A stretch of DNA of 41,338 nt from a virus (IMGVR_UViG_3300020045_008173:1-41338), one strand, 5' to 3'; counted from the first letter of the stretch, positions 18,211-28,939 are shown. The notes: generated by a model from the sequence alone, not told the origin. A program made the numbers and translations.

Positions 18211-19777
18211 CTAATTGCCCTGATTGCGGCGTTACATCACCTGGTTCGTAGTTAATATTGATCTTGCCTTGTTCATATGTTGCACCAACTGCAACCACCC
18301 CAAAGATAAAGCTAACTTGTCTTCCTTGAGCGAAGGTATCGACCTTTTTAGTTGCATCAGTGAATACATATTCTGGAGAGAAAGCGGGGGTTGAGTCAGG
18401 GAAAGCGCGGTATTTGATCTTAAATACTATTGGTCCTGATTGGACAAAATCAGGTTCTAATCGTCTAATACGTAACTGCCTGTCATCAGAACCACCCATC
18501 TCTGATAACATATAAATCTTAGTCTCATAGAAGCTTGGAATCGCAGTTAATACGCCATTGAAGTCTTGGTCTACTCCAGTCTCATGTTGCCATAGCGCAT
18601 AACTGCCTGATATGACATTTTGTTGATAATCAAATAGCATCGGTTTAGGGAATATCTGCGCTTTGAAACCACAAGAACGGCTAATTATAGCATCATACCA
18701 CGCGGTATTTTCTTCGGTATTGAAGACGATTGCACGATTATTGACGGTTGAGCCAAACATTGGAACATGCCACCACACCTCTTTATAGCGGCCATTGCTG
18801 ATCCCAAATGCCTTAGTACGCGCTAACTTATTTAGGTTTTCATAGAACCAGTTAGAATTTGTGACGTTAGGCATAGTGGTAACAACACCGTTATACATAT
18901 AGAACTGACTTATCCCAGGCCAGTAATAGATGCCGTTATATTCAACAACCGAGTCTTTAGAAAGTATGCTTATATCATCGTGTTTTGTATCAAATGAGAA
19001 TTCCTCACCAGCAGCACCACCGTTAAATGTTGCTTGGACTAGTGATGTAACCGACCAGAACAAGGCTGCAGGTGCACCACCACCGCGAACACGCTTAGCG
19101 CAAAGCATCTTATTACCAGCAATTTGAGCATCGCCTGGCCACGTGGTTCCATCAAAAACCTTAGTCCAAAAAACCTGACCGTAATCTCCAAAAGCAAACA
19201 AATATGGCGGTACAGCTACTATCCCACCAGATACTTGCAGAGGCACTTGCACACCAGATACTTTTATAGTTCCAGGAAGTATTTGTGCGATTATCGAAGA
19301 GGTAATAAGGTTTGCAGTATTATAATAATAAACAGGAGCTACAACATTGTTGGTTAGATCATTATAGTTCTGAGCAGCATGGGCAATCAAATATGTACCC
19401 GTAACCCCTATACCACTAATTACTATCTGGGCTGAAAGCACATCGAATGTCCAGTTGTTGTTAGGATTACCAACGAAATTAGCTGGGGTTATATCTTTAA
19501 GTACGCTAACAGTTAAGCCATCAAGACTAACATTTTGAACATAAAGCCTAGTGAAAGTGCCCATATAGACAGCCACTTGGTTCTGAAGCGGCACAACAAA
19601 CATGTTGGTTACGATACTGCCAACGCTTAGGAGATATTTGTAACCACCCATTTTCTTTGGGCGATTGCGATACCATCGACACCAATCTCCATCAACACAA
19701 TACTCGCTGTCAAACTGCGTGCCATCGCGCTGGATTCCTGCTGGTATATCAAGTCTAAGGTTATAATGATCAACCAT
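18203..19777 (-). CDS. Tail nozzle / DNA stabilization protein (P22 gp10 / T7 gp12-like)
   Basis: PAGIQRDGT..D.DWCRW..RPKKMGG start, FYMYNG, EVWW, RRLEPDF; beta-rich; position fits. Confidence 0.7.
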   Translation of the reverse strand: MVDHYNLRLDIPAGIQRDGTQFDSEYCVDGDWCRWYRNRPKKMGGYKYLLSVGSIVTNMFVVPLQNQVAVYMGTFTRLYVQNVSLDGLTVSVLKDITPANFVGNPNNNWTFDVLSAQIVISGIGVTGTYLIAHAAQNYNDLTNNVVAPVYYYNTANLITSSIIAQILPGTIKVSGVQVPLQVSGGIVAVPPYLFAFGDYGQVFWTKVFDGTTWPGDAQIAGNKMLCAKRVRGGGAPAALFWSVTSLVQATFNGGAAGEEFSFDTKHDDISILSKDSVVEYNGIYYWPGISQFYMYNGVVTTMPNVTNSNWFYENLNKLARTKAFGISNGRYKEVWWHVPMFGSTVNNRAIVFNTEENTAWYDAIISRSCGFKAQIFPKPMLFDYQQNVISGSYALWQHETGVDQDFNGVLTAIPSFYETKIYMLSEMGGSDDRQLRIRRLEPDFVQSGPIVFKIKYRAFPDSTPAFSPEYVFTDATKKVDTFAQGRQVSFIFGVVAVGATYEQGKININYEPGDVTPQSGQLDV

Positions 19778-19784
19778 GTTTTAC

Positions 19785-21608
19785 CTATGGCCTGTAGAGT
19801 TCAGCATCGGCTGTGTAATGACCGTAGGCAGTTCCTAGATTAATACCATATGCTGCTCCCGTATTGTTAGCTACGAACATCCCTCTTGTTGAGTGAACTA
19901 TTGCAGTAGATGCGACATTAGTAGCAACGCCTCCAATAGGGGTAAAGAGCCAATTGTTGATTGCACCAGTTTGGCTATATACAGTACCGCTAAGATTAAA
20001 TGTAGAATTGCGCATTACAACTGGGAACGTTATATGCTGTCCAAGTAGCCAGCTACCGCCATTTGCAACTAAGTCAGGTCCCACTGTATTTGAAATAATT
20101 GAACCATAACCCGTATTAGAGCCAGGTATGGTGTCCATATCATAGGATTTGCAGTAATAACGCTGACAGTTCTCCCATTCTTGTGCTACTGGGCGATTAA
20201 CAAATTTTGTTCTTTGCACGCCAAGTTCTAGTTTGAATAATGCTAGCTCCATGACAAATATGCCACTTAATGCATGTACTTGATTTGCGGTACAATAAGC
20301 ATTCCCTGTATTCCAAGCTCCAGCTGTACCAACAAAATTAGCGCCAGCATCAAGACAAATACGAATATCTAGTCCAATTCCACTAGTATAATCCCATGTG
20401 CCAGTTGTTGGTGGTGCAGGCATATTGACAGTAATGTAATTCCAAGTATTTGGTGTGGCAATCGTCACCTCTTGTATGTAATACCTATCTTGGCCAGAAT
20501 TGCTAAATGACACGCAATACGTACCAACCTTACCAGCGTATATAGCAAATGATAGTGTTAAAGGCTCATTGGCATATGCTACATAATCAAATCCCTCTAC
20601 GCGATAGCATAGTAAGTAACTATCGGCTGCAGCAGGCACTGTTGCCACGCTTGTATCAATGTGCATGGTAGTTTCAACATTAGTGCCAGTCAGAGATATA
20701 GGTGGGACATTCCCAAAATTATTTTGTAAAACATTAGAACCAGGATTAGTAGAGAATCTCCAAACAAACCTATCAGCAACATAGGTCTCGATGACATTTC
20801 CTACAGAGGCTGATCCACCAGCACCAATTCTCTGCCATGGGTTTACATCAAAATCCCCGCCAATTATGATGTTAGGATTGATAATATTGATAGCTCCACC
20901 GCTTGCAGGAGCCCAAAGGCACGATGTACCGTTAGAAGTCAAAACATAGCCACTTGCACCAATATTTAGCGAGTTATATACGCCGTTATTGCTTTGTAGT
21001 AGCATCCCTGTTGCTGAAGCTGCTGTTAAGGCTATGTTGGCTATCTGATTGAGATATATGCTATAGGCATTATAATCGACATTAGAAAGCGCTCTGTCGA
21101 TAGTGCCAGTAGCATCCGATTTAAGAAGATTTGCGCCATTTAATGCTAATGTAGATAGTGCCTCGGAGTTAATTAAGGCTGGAACAGGCGTTTTGACGAT
21201 ATAAGGAGCATCTCCAGGCGCACCACCGCCTCCACCACTGGAACTAGCCGTAATAATAGACCATTGACCTGCAGCAGTCGTATTATCGATAACATAGATG
21301 TTGTAGGCAACTCCAGGTGCTACAGAAGATAAAATAGTGCCACCAGCATTGTCTTTGACGACAAAGCCAAATGAGCCAACATTGTTGAACGTTACTAGCT
21401 GACCTACCGACACGTTAGTAGCATTAGGCATGGTAATAGTGAATGGGCCACCTGCTGCTGAATTCACATTTAGAATAGCAGCAGTTATATCTGGTGTATT
21501 AAAGAAATTAATTGGCCAATATAGCTGTAGATTCGCAGTTAAAGCAATTGCTCTATAGCTGGTATTGGTTGGTTGTAATATCGTGCCAGATGGTACAAAT
21601 ACGGTCAT
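19785..21608 (-). CDS. Tail fibre / receptor-binding protein
   Basis: C-terminal NIIIGGDF..WQR, ADRF, LELG..TKF..RP..QE..CQRYY module common in phage fibres; GYVLTSNG shaft motif. Confidence 0.75.
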   Translation of the reverse strand: MTVFVPSGTILQPTNTSYRAIALTANLQLYWPINFFNTPDITAAILNVNSAAGGPFTITMPNATNVSVGQLVTFNNVGSFGFVVKDNAGGTILSSVAPGVAYNIYVIDNTTAAGQWSIITASSSGGGGGAPGDAPYIVKTPVPALINSEALSTLALNGANLLKSDATGTIDRALSNVDYNAYSIYLNQIANIALTAASATGMLLQSNNGVYNSLNIGASGYVLTSNGTSCLWAPASGGAINIINPNIIIGGDFDVNPWQRIGAGGSASVGNVIETYVADRFVWRFSTNPGSNVLQNNFGNVPPISLTGTNVETTMHIDTSVATVPAAADSYLLCYRVEGFDYVAYANEPLTLSFAIYAGKVGTYCVSFSNSGQDRYYIQEVTIATPNTWNYITVNMPAPPTTGTWDYTSGIGLDIRICLDAGANFVGTAGAWNTGNAYCTANQVHALSGIFVMELALFKLELGVQRTKFVNRPVAQEWENCQRYYCKSYDMDTIPGSNTGYGSIISNTVGPDLVANGGSWLLGQHITFPVVMRNSTFNLSGTVYSQTGAINNWLFTPIGGVATNVASTAIVHSTRGMFVANNTGAAYGINLGTAYGHYTADAELYRP

Positions 21609-22261
21609 TAGTCAGCCTCCCTGTTATAGAACCTGTCAGCCAGGCGTTTTTTATCATCTTGGGTCATGCCCGCTAAAGCTGTTTGATATGCAGATTCAAA
21701 GAACTGGATACGCTCATCGTCTTTGATGAAGATCATAGCTTCCCGCAGAGTTGCATATTCAAGCAGATGCGGCGCATACTGTGTTATGAAGTTAACCTCG
21801 AATGTTGAATCAATCGCAGTAGGAATCTGTGAGAATATGACCTCGAAAGGATAGGTTTGGTCTGGCGTTGGGCATATATACCAAGTCTGATAATCAAGAT
21901 CAGCATAGTATTTTGGCTGAGCCGTTGCACCTTGCTGTGGCCAATAGGCTAGGCAAAACTCATAAGTTCTAAGCTCAAGATTAATATTGGTATTTAGCGC
22001 ACTAGCTGGTTGAGTAGGATCAAGACCAATATTAAAACTGATGGTATTTAACCATTGTGGGGGTTTTTGAAGATATGGTTCACCTACTATAAACTTTCCA
22101 TCAACTATAACATCATCTAACAGTGTCTTTAGATCGCTTGCGATACGTCTCTGAGCTATTAAAACGAAGTTATCTATGTTATTGAGCAAATTAGTGTCAT
22201 TACGCTCTAAGTAGCTTGTAACTATATTTACTAATCCAGGGTACGTTAGAACAAAGGCCAT
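21608..22261 (-). CDS. Putative head-tail adaptor / tail tubular protein
   Basis: YLER.D.....I..F...AQ.RI, PKYYA, PTPD..YPFE, APHLL.YATL.EA..F.KDDERI pattern. Confidence 0.65.
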   Translation of the reverse strand: MAFVLTYPGLVNIVTSYLERNDTNLLNNIDNFVLIAQRRIASDLKTLLDDVIVDGKFIVGEPYLQKPPQWLNTISFNIGLDPTQPASALNTNINLELRTYEFCLAYWPQQGATAQPKYYADLDYQTWYICPTPDQTYPFEVIFSQIPTAIDSTFEVNFITQYAPHLLEYATLREAMIFIKDDERIQFFESAYQTALAGMTQDDKKRLADRFYNREAD

Positions 22262-22268
22262 AGATTTC

Positions 22269-22781
22269 CTAAATGTTATATCCGGTTGGAAGGTACATAA
22301 CGCTTACAAAACTTGTTACTGAAAGAAGCGCTATCGAAGAAGTAGCATTATTCGTGAAATAGAATCTGATCTTTGTATTAGCCGCATCTGCAATATCAGT
22401 AATTAATATTGGTATATCGACACTAGTGACTGATGGTGTAACCATTGCAAGGGGCACAGAAATTAATTCAGGAATCGGAGAAAATGCTGTACCACCGATT
22501 TGATCGGTTCCAATAGCAACTGAAACGGTTTCATTGACTGCAGGAATAGCTCCAAGATCAAACATTACTTTCAAAGAAAATACTAAAGTAGCGTTAGCAT
22601 CTAGAGTCTGAGAAAGGTTAATAAGACTGGTTAGATATGCGTCTAGCACATCAGACTCAATATAATCTGAAGCAGTTGTTAGAATTAAAAGAGCTGGTGT
22701 ATTAGTGGGTATTGTACAGAAAGTAAATGCGGGTAAACCGCTTCCAAGAACCGAGCTATTGATTGTGTTATTAGTAGCCAT
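22269..22781 (-). CDS. Putative virion structural protein
   Basis: 170 aa, beta-rich; shares the MATNNxIN start with the upstream gene; GAGG RBS. Confidence 0.6.
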   Translation of the reverse strand: MATNNTINSSVLGSGLPAFTFCTIPTNTPALLILTTASDYIESDVLDAYLTSLINLSQTLDANATLVFSLKVMFDLGAIPAVNETVSVAIGTDQIGGTAFSPIPELISVPLAMVTPSVTSVDIPILITDIADAANTKIRFYFTNNATSSIALLSVTSFVSVMYLPTGYNI

Positions 22782-22808
22782 TTTACCCTCATTTATTATT
22801 CAAGAATC

Positions 22809-22837
22809 AAGGGTGAGTACAAACCGCACCCACCCTT
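22809..22837 (-). other. 12-bp intergenic RNA hairpin (weak terminator or processing site)
   Basis: Minus strand AAGGGTGGGTGC-ggttt-GTACTCACCCTT pairs fully with G-U only on the coding strand; poor U-tract. Confidence 0.5.
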
Positions 22838-22868
22838 TAACCGTATTGCCAAAGACAGCAAAAAGGCC

Positions 22869-23561
22869 TTAAACTATGGTCAAGTTACCTTGAGCGCTTA
22901 GTACTGTAAAACCGCTATTTGCAGTTGAACAATAGAACCTTACTGCATCACCAGCAGCAGAAGACGCTATGCTACCACCTGTTCCAGTGCTGGAAACAGA
23001 CGTACCCATGCGCACGCTTTGCCCTGCGTTTTGTGCAATTAAGAAGCCACCTGCACCTTTGTATGCAACTTCGAACATAGAACCGTAAGCAGCCACAGTA
23101 GGAAGTGTAAGTGTTACTAGAGCAGCGTTATTAGCTGAATAACTACTGTTCACATCCATAGCTTGTGAAGTGCCTGTTACATCAGTCCAGTTTTCAGATG
23201 AATCAGCAGCAATCTCAATACCGTTAGCAGTATTAGTTACTGTAACACCAACGCCACCTACGATGTTTCCAGCAGCTGGAGCACCACCTGTAGCACCGAT
23301 TACTAGCTGACCATCGGTAAGAGCAATAGATGTTGGAGCAGAAGTACCGCCACCAATTACTACTTCATCAGCAGCAAGATTTACTACCGTTGGTGCACCA
23401 GCGGTACCGATAACGAGATCACCAGCACCAGCAGCAAGTTCAACGACTGCAGCAGTACCAGCACCATAGATAAAGCTATTTGCTGTAATTTCTGCAACAC
23501 CAGAACCACCACGGTTTACTGGGGTAATTAGTGGGGTATTAATACTATTATTTGTAGCCAT
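22869..23561 (-). CDS. Putative tail fibre/spike protein
   Basis: PVNRGGSG, repeated GDLVIG/EVVIG/GQLVIG shaft motifs, C-terminal TLTLP..A..G domain. Confidence 0.65.
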   Translation of the reverse strand: MATNNSINTPLITPVNRGGSGVAEITANSFIYGAGTAAVVELAAGAGDLVIGTAGAPTVVNLAADEVVIGGGTSAPTSIALTDGQLVIGATGGAPAAGNIVGGVGVTVTNTANGIEIAADSSENWTDVTGTSQAMDVNSSYSANNAALVTLTLPTVAAYGSMFEVAYKGAGGFLIAQNAGQSVRMGTSVSSTGTGGSIASSAAGDAVRFYCSTANSGFTVLSAQGNLTIV

Positions 23562-23579
23562 GATATTCTCCTATTAAAA

Positions 23580-24668
23580 TTAAAAAAAGTTTACGTTCCC
23601 TAGTGGTTTGACGACCGTGAATGTGAGGTTAGATACCCCACATACCACATCAACACAGTCAGTAAAGTAGGTAGAAGAAAGCCCACCTCCAGTACCGATG
23701 CTCGTCTGTTGATCTCCGAATAAAATCTGTTGTAAATTTTGTTGTGCAAGTACCCAGCCTCCTGCGCCAAAACCTGCGATTTTTATGACTGCGCCTTGAG
23801 GACAAACAGCAGGCAATGTAATGGTTACAAGCCCCACCCCAGTTATGAGATAGTTGACATTAGGTACTGCAGTAAAATCGACTGCCATTACCACGTAGTT
23901 ACTCGCACCTGGAATTGCCTGCCACGCAGCATTACCCGCTACCATTGACAGGTAAGTGTTGTTTGGCCCTGCTGGTAATGAGACAAAAGCTCCGCCAGTA
24001 GTAGTCAGTAATTGACCTTCAGCAACTGGATCGATTGCAGATATTTCAATTAAATTTTGATTGGCTGATTGATAATCAACATCAGACACAGCTATAGTTT
24101 GAATACCTGTTATGGTTGTATTTTTTACGATTCCAGTTGCAAGGCCGCCCATGACCTGGGCATTCGGCAGTCCAGCAAAGGGAGTCTTAATTAGGTAAGG
24201 TGCATCTGTATCGGCTCCAACTTCTGAGCTGATGGTAATGTTGGTGCGGTTATTACCAGAATCATCAAGAACAGCAATGCCAACTCCTGCAGCATCGATA
24301 AAATTCAAATAAGCTCTTTGAGAGAGCGAATTGCCATTGAGCAAGACCTCAACGCGTTGTAAGTTGGAATCAGGCAACACGTTTAGTACTGGCTCACCAG
24401 CAACACCATCACCGTTAGTAATGGCTATACCAACACCTGAGATGAGTTCCCGAGTAGCAACAGTATCAGTGGCTGTTCTAACAAGAATTCCTGTAGAAGA
24501 TAAATTTTGCAAAGACCCAAGGATGCCTGCTGGCGCAATTGTTAAGTCTCCGCCTCCCCCTGAGTCAGTTCTGGAAAGCCCTGGAGCAACAACGAGTTTC
24601 CTGCTGTTAGGAAGAGCAACATCATTGTTAACTAAAACAAATTCTGATGTATCTGATGCGTTACCCAT
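23580..24668 (-). CDS. Putative tail fibre protein
   Basis: GIAITNGDGVAGEP motif; C-terminal domain homologous to that of 22869..23561. Confidence 0.65.
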   Translation of the reverse strand: MGNASDTSEFVLVNNDVALPNSRKLVVAPGLSRTDSGGGGDLTIAPAGILGSLQNLSSTGILVRTATDTVATRELISGVGIAITNGDGVAGEPVLNVLPDSNLQRVEVLLNGNSLSQRAYLNFIDAAGVGIAVLDDSGNNRTNITISSEVGADTDAPYLIKTPFAGLPNAQVMGGLATGIVKNTTITGIQTIAVSDVDYQSANQNLIEISAIDPVAEGQLLTTTGGAFVSLPAGPNNTYLSMVAGNAAWQAIPGASNYVVMAVDFTAVPNVNYLITGVGLVTITLPAVCPQGAVIKIAGFGAGGWVLAQQNLQQILFGDQQTSIGTGGGLSSTYFTDCVDVVCGVSNLTFTVVKPLGNVNFF

Positions 24669-24685
24669 AACTTTTACTCCCTTAA

Positions 24686-24961
24686 TTAAATTGATTGGCT
24701 ACCAGGACCATTTGGTCTTGGAAATGGTACCGCAGTCGGATCATTGTTGGGTCTTGGAGCCAAATTCTGAGGATTAGGTTCATCAATAAAATCCTTATGA
24801 ACTAGGTATCCAGTGAAATACAAACCGCTTCCGCCAAACTCCATTTGCCTTACCAAATCATGATGCATACATTGCATGTTGGTACGGTCGCAAAATGCTG
24901 ATGCCATTACATTATCAAAGTCAAAATCGGTAAGTTTTCCATGTTGGCCAAATCTAAGCAT
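24686..24961 (-). CDS. Conserved small phage protein (degenerate Zn-ribbon-like)
   Basis: A.AFCDR, TG.LV, D.PNPQ.L, DP.AV..PRP motif typical of this gene position. Confidence 0.65.
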   Translation of the reverse strand: MLRFGQHGKLTDFDFDNVMASAFCDRTNMQCMHHDLVRQMEFGGSGLYFTGYLVHKDFIDEPNPQNLAPRPNNDPTAVPFPRPNGPGSQSI

Positions 24962-26092
24962 CTAATATCCATAGCCTCCGACAAAATCTGGGAAAATACG
25001 GGTCGGACCATTCTCACAATTGTTATAAGAAGCAGCCATATAGACCTCATCAGAGTAGGCCTTGGTATCTGCTGTACGATCTGGGGCAAAAGCCATTGCT
25101 TGCATGAAAGCTAGCCTTGCAACAATGCTTGGTAACCATTGCTGAGGAACAAAATAATTATCCAGCATGGAGTTAACGTCCTTAATGTAGGTCTTGGCGT
25201 TATAGATCACGTATGCATACGTACTATTAGGCGTTGGATATAGCGATAAGGTAGGCGGCAGCGTCAGATTAACCTCAAAGGTCGATACACTGCCAACAAC
25301 TTGCACATTAGGTACAGAGAGATACTCGCTGCGTTGAAAACGACTAATTAAATGCGAATCATGGGTAGGTAAATCAAAATATAGTTGCTGAATATTTAAG
25401 ACAGCCCCACTAGTCTCGCGAACACGCCAGTATCTGGCTGAAGCAGCGTTTGGCATCACAAACCATGTAATTTGACCTTCTTGGAAGCTCTGCGTAGTCG
25501 GATAATAAATACCTGAATTTGGTAGAGCGTTGTAATCAAATGGATTCAGCCAAACGTTATTGGCATAAGAGTTAGCATCTAGCGAATACTCAAACATTAA
25601 CGTGTAGTTGGTGGCAATATTAGATTGAACACCAATATATTTGATTGGATATGAGGTTAATGCGCCAAAATCATAACCAATATACCCATTTGCCACTGTT
25701 TGGGTACATGCTCCGCCCGAACTTGGGTTAAAAGCATTAGCAGCATTACCATTTGGAACTGATGGATTACCAGCAAAGGCAAATGCTGTACCACCAAGTT
25801 GCCTAACACAGTTAGCTACTTTAATCTCGCCATCGATGATATTGACGATATTTAATGGCAATGAGTAATCAGCTTGGCCAGGAATTATCGAGAACATATT
25901 CTGACTAACCATCCATAGCTTCAGATCATTAGCCCATTCTGAGAAAATAAGGTTTAGTGAGTTTTTGGCCGAGGTAATATGTTGACCCGTCATCAAAGAA
26001 CCAGGAATACCAATACGCTCGTAAGCAGTACGGATAATGGCATCAATATTCATGCCACCGAAATTATAGTTCTCTGTTTTTTGTACACTCAC
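24962..26092 (-). CDS. Putative head-tail connector / tail tubular protein with inserted beta-sandwich domain
   Basis: II..AYERIG....A..SLNL.FSEWAN..LW N-terminus; ARYWRV discoidin-like insert; LYPTP and F.VPQ.W C-terminus. Confidence 0.65.
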   Translation of the reverse strand: MSVQKTENYNFGGMNIDAIIRTAYERIGIPGSLMTGQHITSAKNSLNLIFSEWANDLKLWMVSQNMFSIIPGQADYSLPLNIVNIIDGEIKVANCVRQLGGTAFAFAGNPSVPNGNAANAFNPSSGGACTQTVANGYIGYDFGALTSYPIKYIGVQSNIATNYTLMFEYSLDANSYANNVWLNPFDYNALPNSGIYYPTTQSFQEGQITWFVMPNAASARYWRVRETSGAVLNIQQLYFDLPTHDSHLISRFQRSEYLSVPNVQVVGSVSTFEVNLTLPPTLSLYPTPNSTYAYVIYNAKTYIKDVNSMLDNYFVPQQWLPSIVARLAFMQAMAFAPDRTADTKAYSDEVYMAASYNNCENGPTRIFPDFVGGYGY

Positions 26093-26095
26093 CTT

Positions 26096-26347
26096 TTACC
26101 CCTTCTTGGTAGGACCAAATAGTGAACCACCTTCAGCGCGTTTATGACGATTCTTGCGCAATAAAGCCTTTTTTAGCGCATCAACATCTTTTGCTTTAAA
26201 TCGTTTATCGTCGTGATCATCAAACTTGTTGGAATGTTTAATCCGATGGAACATGACATTGCCTTCAGAATCTGTCTCTGGGTTGTAAAATTTATAAAAA
26301 GGATCGTTTTCTTCGTCTTCATCTCTTCTATCTTTGTGCATGATCAA
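26096..26347 (-). CDS. Small charged protein with RAEGG motif
   Basis: 83 aa, AAGGAG RBS, ATGA overlap. Confidence 0.65.
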   Translation of the reverse strand: MIMHKDRRDEDEENDPFYKFYNPETDSEGNVMFHRIKHSNKFDDHDDKRFKAKDVDALKKALLRKNRHKRAEGGSLFGPTKKG

Positions 26348-27054
26348 TCTCCTTGTTGAATGTAAGTTAGGACAAATCTGCTACCAGAAGCGATCCCAGA
26401 TGCAGTTAATTGTATGCCAGAGATAACAGCAGCACCTTCACCTCCACCTCCACTTACAGTACTTGTTCCGCTCGGAAATCCGAAATATCCGACAGCTGTA
26501 TAATCGGTAAAAGTTTCTGTCTTAGAAATAAGATCAAGAGTAAAGGGAGGATTAGCGGTAGATAATGAGTTCTTATCGAGATCATCTAACGTGCAGTACA
26601 TTCGATATGTCATACCGCCAGCTAAGATATTGACGGTGGCTGCAAACTGGAACCTAGAGCAGTTATTATCAAGCATCTGCCATCTTGTAGCGCAAGTCTC
26701 GCCTGCAGTAGAATTGCCACCAGTACCTATTGAAACTGTACCATTTGCAGGAACTGTACCTGTATAGGTAACACTCGATAACATATAAAATGGATTGGTG
26801 GTTAAAGTCGTTGTTGAGCTAATACCAGTAATGGTATTGGTGAGAGTACCACCAAAAATATCTTGGCCTGTGATGGTAAATGTGCCAGTAAAAGCCCCAA
26901 CTGTAGTAATAGAGATTTTCCTTGCAAGACCAGGATTAATCACGCAATTCCAGTTTAGTAAGGATAAAGCGGTTACACTTCCTGCTGGTATAGCAGATAC
27001 AGCGGTAAAAGCAGTTGGGCTAGCCTGTGTGTAGGTAATAACAACTTGTCGCAC
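26344..27054 (-). CDS. Putative virion structural protein
   Basis: Thr/Gly-rich beta protein; ARKISIT...FTITGQD.FG segment related to the three upstream paralogs. Confidence 0.65.
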   Translation of the reverse strand: MRQVVITYTQASPTAFTAVSAIPAGSVTALSLLNWNCVINPGLARKISITTVGAFTGTFTITGQDIFGGTLTNTITGISSTTTLTTNPFYMLSSVTYTGTVPANGTVSIGTGGNSTAGETCATRWQMLDNNCSRFQFAATVNILAGGMTYRMYCTLDDLDKNSLSTANPPFTLDLISKTETFTDYTAVGYFGFPSGTSTVSGGGGEGAAVISGIQLTASGIASGSRFVLTYIQQGD

Positions 27055-27063
27055 TTTATCCTC

Positions 27064-27963
27064 CTATGGTAATGGTTGAGAATATGGAGTAATGCCAAAT
27101 CTAGCTCTGAATGGGTTAGCAAATATTGAACTATTAGCCTCACCAGGATTAACTGCTACAAGAGGTGGTAACTGGAGAATATTAGCTTGGTTAGCTATCA
27201 GATTAGGAGATAGTGCGCCAAAGACATATTGGTTGACTATTAGGTAGTTACTACCATTAGGTTGTGCTGCAAAGCCTGGGAATATAAGAACTCTACCACG
27301 GCAATCACCTGATGTTATTGTTCCAGAATATTCTTTGGTAGTAGCTGCATATTGACTCGTAGTATTGCCAACCACCCAAGTGATATTTGCTGTGCCTGGA
27401 TTGATTGTAAGACCACCAAAATAAGAATTAAGGACTGCCCCTTGATCGAATATGTAATATGGCAAACCAAAGAGATTGAAGAAACCTACGCTTACATTGG
27501 TAGCAGGATTATCAAGTTGAATAGCGCGAAGATAAGCAAAACAGCTATATGTACTAGAATTAGAAGTACCTCCAGCAACCAAAGCTCTTTGTTCAGTCAA
27601 TGGATATCCACCGTAGTCGTAACCATAGAATGTAGCATTACCAGCGGGTGTAGTGCCATTAAACTTCAAATTAATACTTCTTGGCACGTCTAGTTTTATT
27701 ACATTTACACCATTTATTACTGTCCAGTAATTCTTAGCATTTACTGGAGTAACTAGGCTCAAAGGTACAGTGTTAGTGGCGTCAACTGTATTAACACCAC
27801 TTGCAAATGCTGATAGATTTGCAGCGATTGGTTGAATTATGTAGGTATTGCGTACGGTATTTGGTACACCTGGAGAGCCACCAAGCTCATAGCCATTGAA
27901 CACTGGTTCACCGCTTTTTAGCCCATCTACTGTATGAGTGCCACCCGATAATGTAATATCCAT
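27064..27963 (-). CDS. Putative virion decoration/spike protein, paralog 3
   Basis: GTHTVDG, GYDYGGYP, FGLPYY, GDCRG, YSQPL motifs. Confidence 0.65.
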   Translation of the reverse strand: MDITLSGGTHTVDGLKSGEPVFNGYELGGSPGVPNTVRNTYIIQPIAANLSAFASGVNTVDATNTVPLSLVTPVNAKNYWTVINGVNVIKLDVPRSINLKFNGTTPAGNATFYGYDYGGYPLTEQRALVAGGTSNSSTYSCFAYLRAIQLDNPATNVSVGFFNLFGLPYYIFDQGAVLNSYFGGLTINPGTANITWVVGNTTSQYAATTKEYSGTITSGDCRGRVLIFPGFAAQPNGSNYLIVNQYVFGALSPNLIANQANILQLPPLVAVNPGEANSSIFANPFRARFGITPYSQPLP

Positions 27964-27971
27964 ATTTTCCT

Positions 27972-28931
27972 CTAAATCAATGGTTGGCTATATTGTGGTA
28001 GTCCATAACGCGCATTAAATGGATAGCTATAGACTGATTCTGTAGGTGTACTTGCGTCAGGATTTGCATATTGTGGTGCAGGGATCATCGGAGGCCATTG
28101 GAGGTAATTGGCTTGTTGTTCGATCAGCGCCGTAACTTGACCGCCAAAAACAAACATCTCTGCAAATAAGAATTTAGTACCATCGGTTGCAGGACATAAA
28201 ATAACCCCACGTGGATCACCGCTAGTAATAGTTCCCCCATATAGGCCAGTATTGGTATTTAAGACGTAGGTATTATCACCGACAACAATAGAGGTGCCTG
28301 TTAGGTTAAACTGCGCGCCGCTGAGCGATAGATTCAGAGTGCCTATGACGTAGTAGTATGGAAGACCTATCGCGTTAGATACACCAGCACTTACAGTATT
28401 AGAGCCAGAAGCCCAAGGACTCGCACTAAAATTGATTTGCTCAAAAGACTGCATACATTTTGGCAATGTGATTGCAGTAGTCGCAGATGAAATAGTTACG
28501 CTAGAAACAACCTTGTACCCACCGTAATCATAGCCTGATACTGTAATTGTAAACGGCGCAGCTGCAGATGTTGCAGCACTAAAGAATATTTGCAATCTTC
28601 TGCCATACGGCACATCAACAAATCCTAAGAATGTACCTTGTTGAAACTTGAGAAAAGCCGTAATGTAATCAATAGCAGTTGTAGCAAACACCATATTGCC
28701 TGATGATGGCATTGCTTGGCTTGGGGCAATACAGGTTTGGTTAGGGCTGGTAGTTGGATCAGCAGGTTTACATACGAATGTAAATAGAGGCGAGTTAATT
28801 ACTCCAGGCGCATTACCTATCTCGTATCCATTAGAGCAAGGCATACCACTTCGAAAGCCATCTGAAGTGTGCGTGCCAAAAGAAGGATAATCCCCGTTTG
28901 GTGTTATTAATGAGCCTACTCCTAAAGTCAT
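27972..28931 (-). CDS. Putative virion decoration/spike protein, paralog 2
   Basis: GTHTSDG, GYDYGGYK, IGLPYY, GDPRG, YSQPL motifs. Confidence 0.65.
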   Translation of the reverse strand: MTLGVGSLITPNGDYPSFGTHTSDGFRSGMPCSNGYEIGNAPGVINSPLFTFVCKPADPTTSPNQTCIAPSQAMPSSGNMVFATTAIDYITAFLKFQQGTFLGFVDVPYGRRLQIFFSAATSAAAPFTITVSGYDYGGYKVVSSVTISSATTAITLPKCMQSFEQINFSASPWASGSNTVSAGVSNAIGLPYYYVIGTLNLSLSGAQFNLTGTSIVVGDNTYVLNTNTGLYGGTITSGDPRGVILCPATDGTKFLFAEMFVFGGQVTALIEQQANYLQWPPMIPAPQYANPDASTPTESVYSYPFNARYGLPQYSQPLI

Positions 28932-28939
28932 ATACGCTC

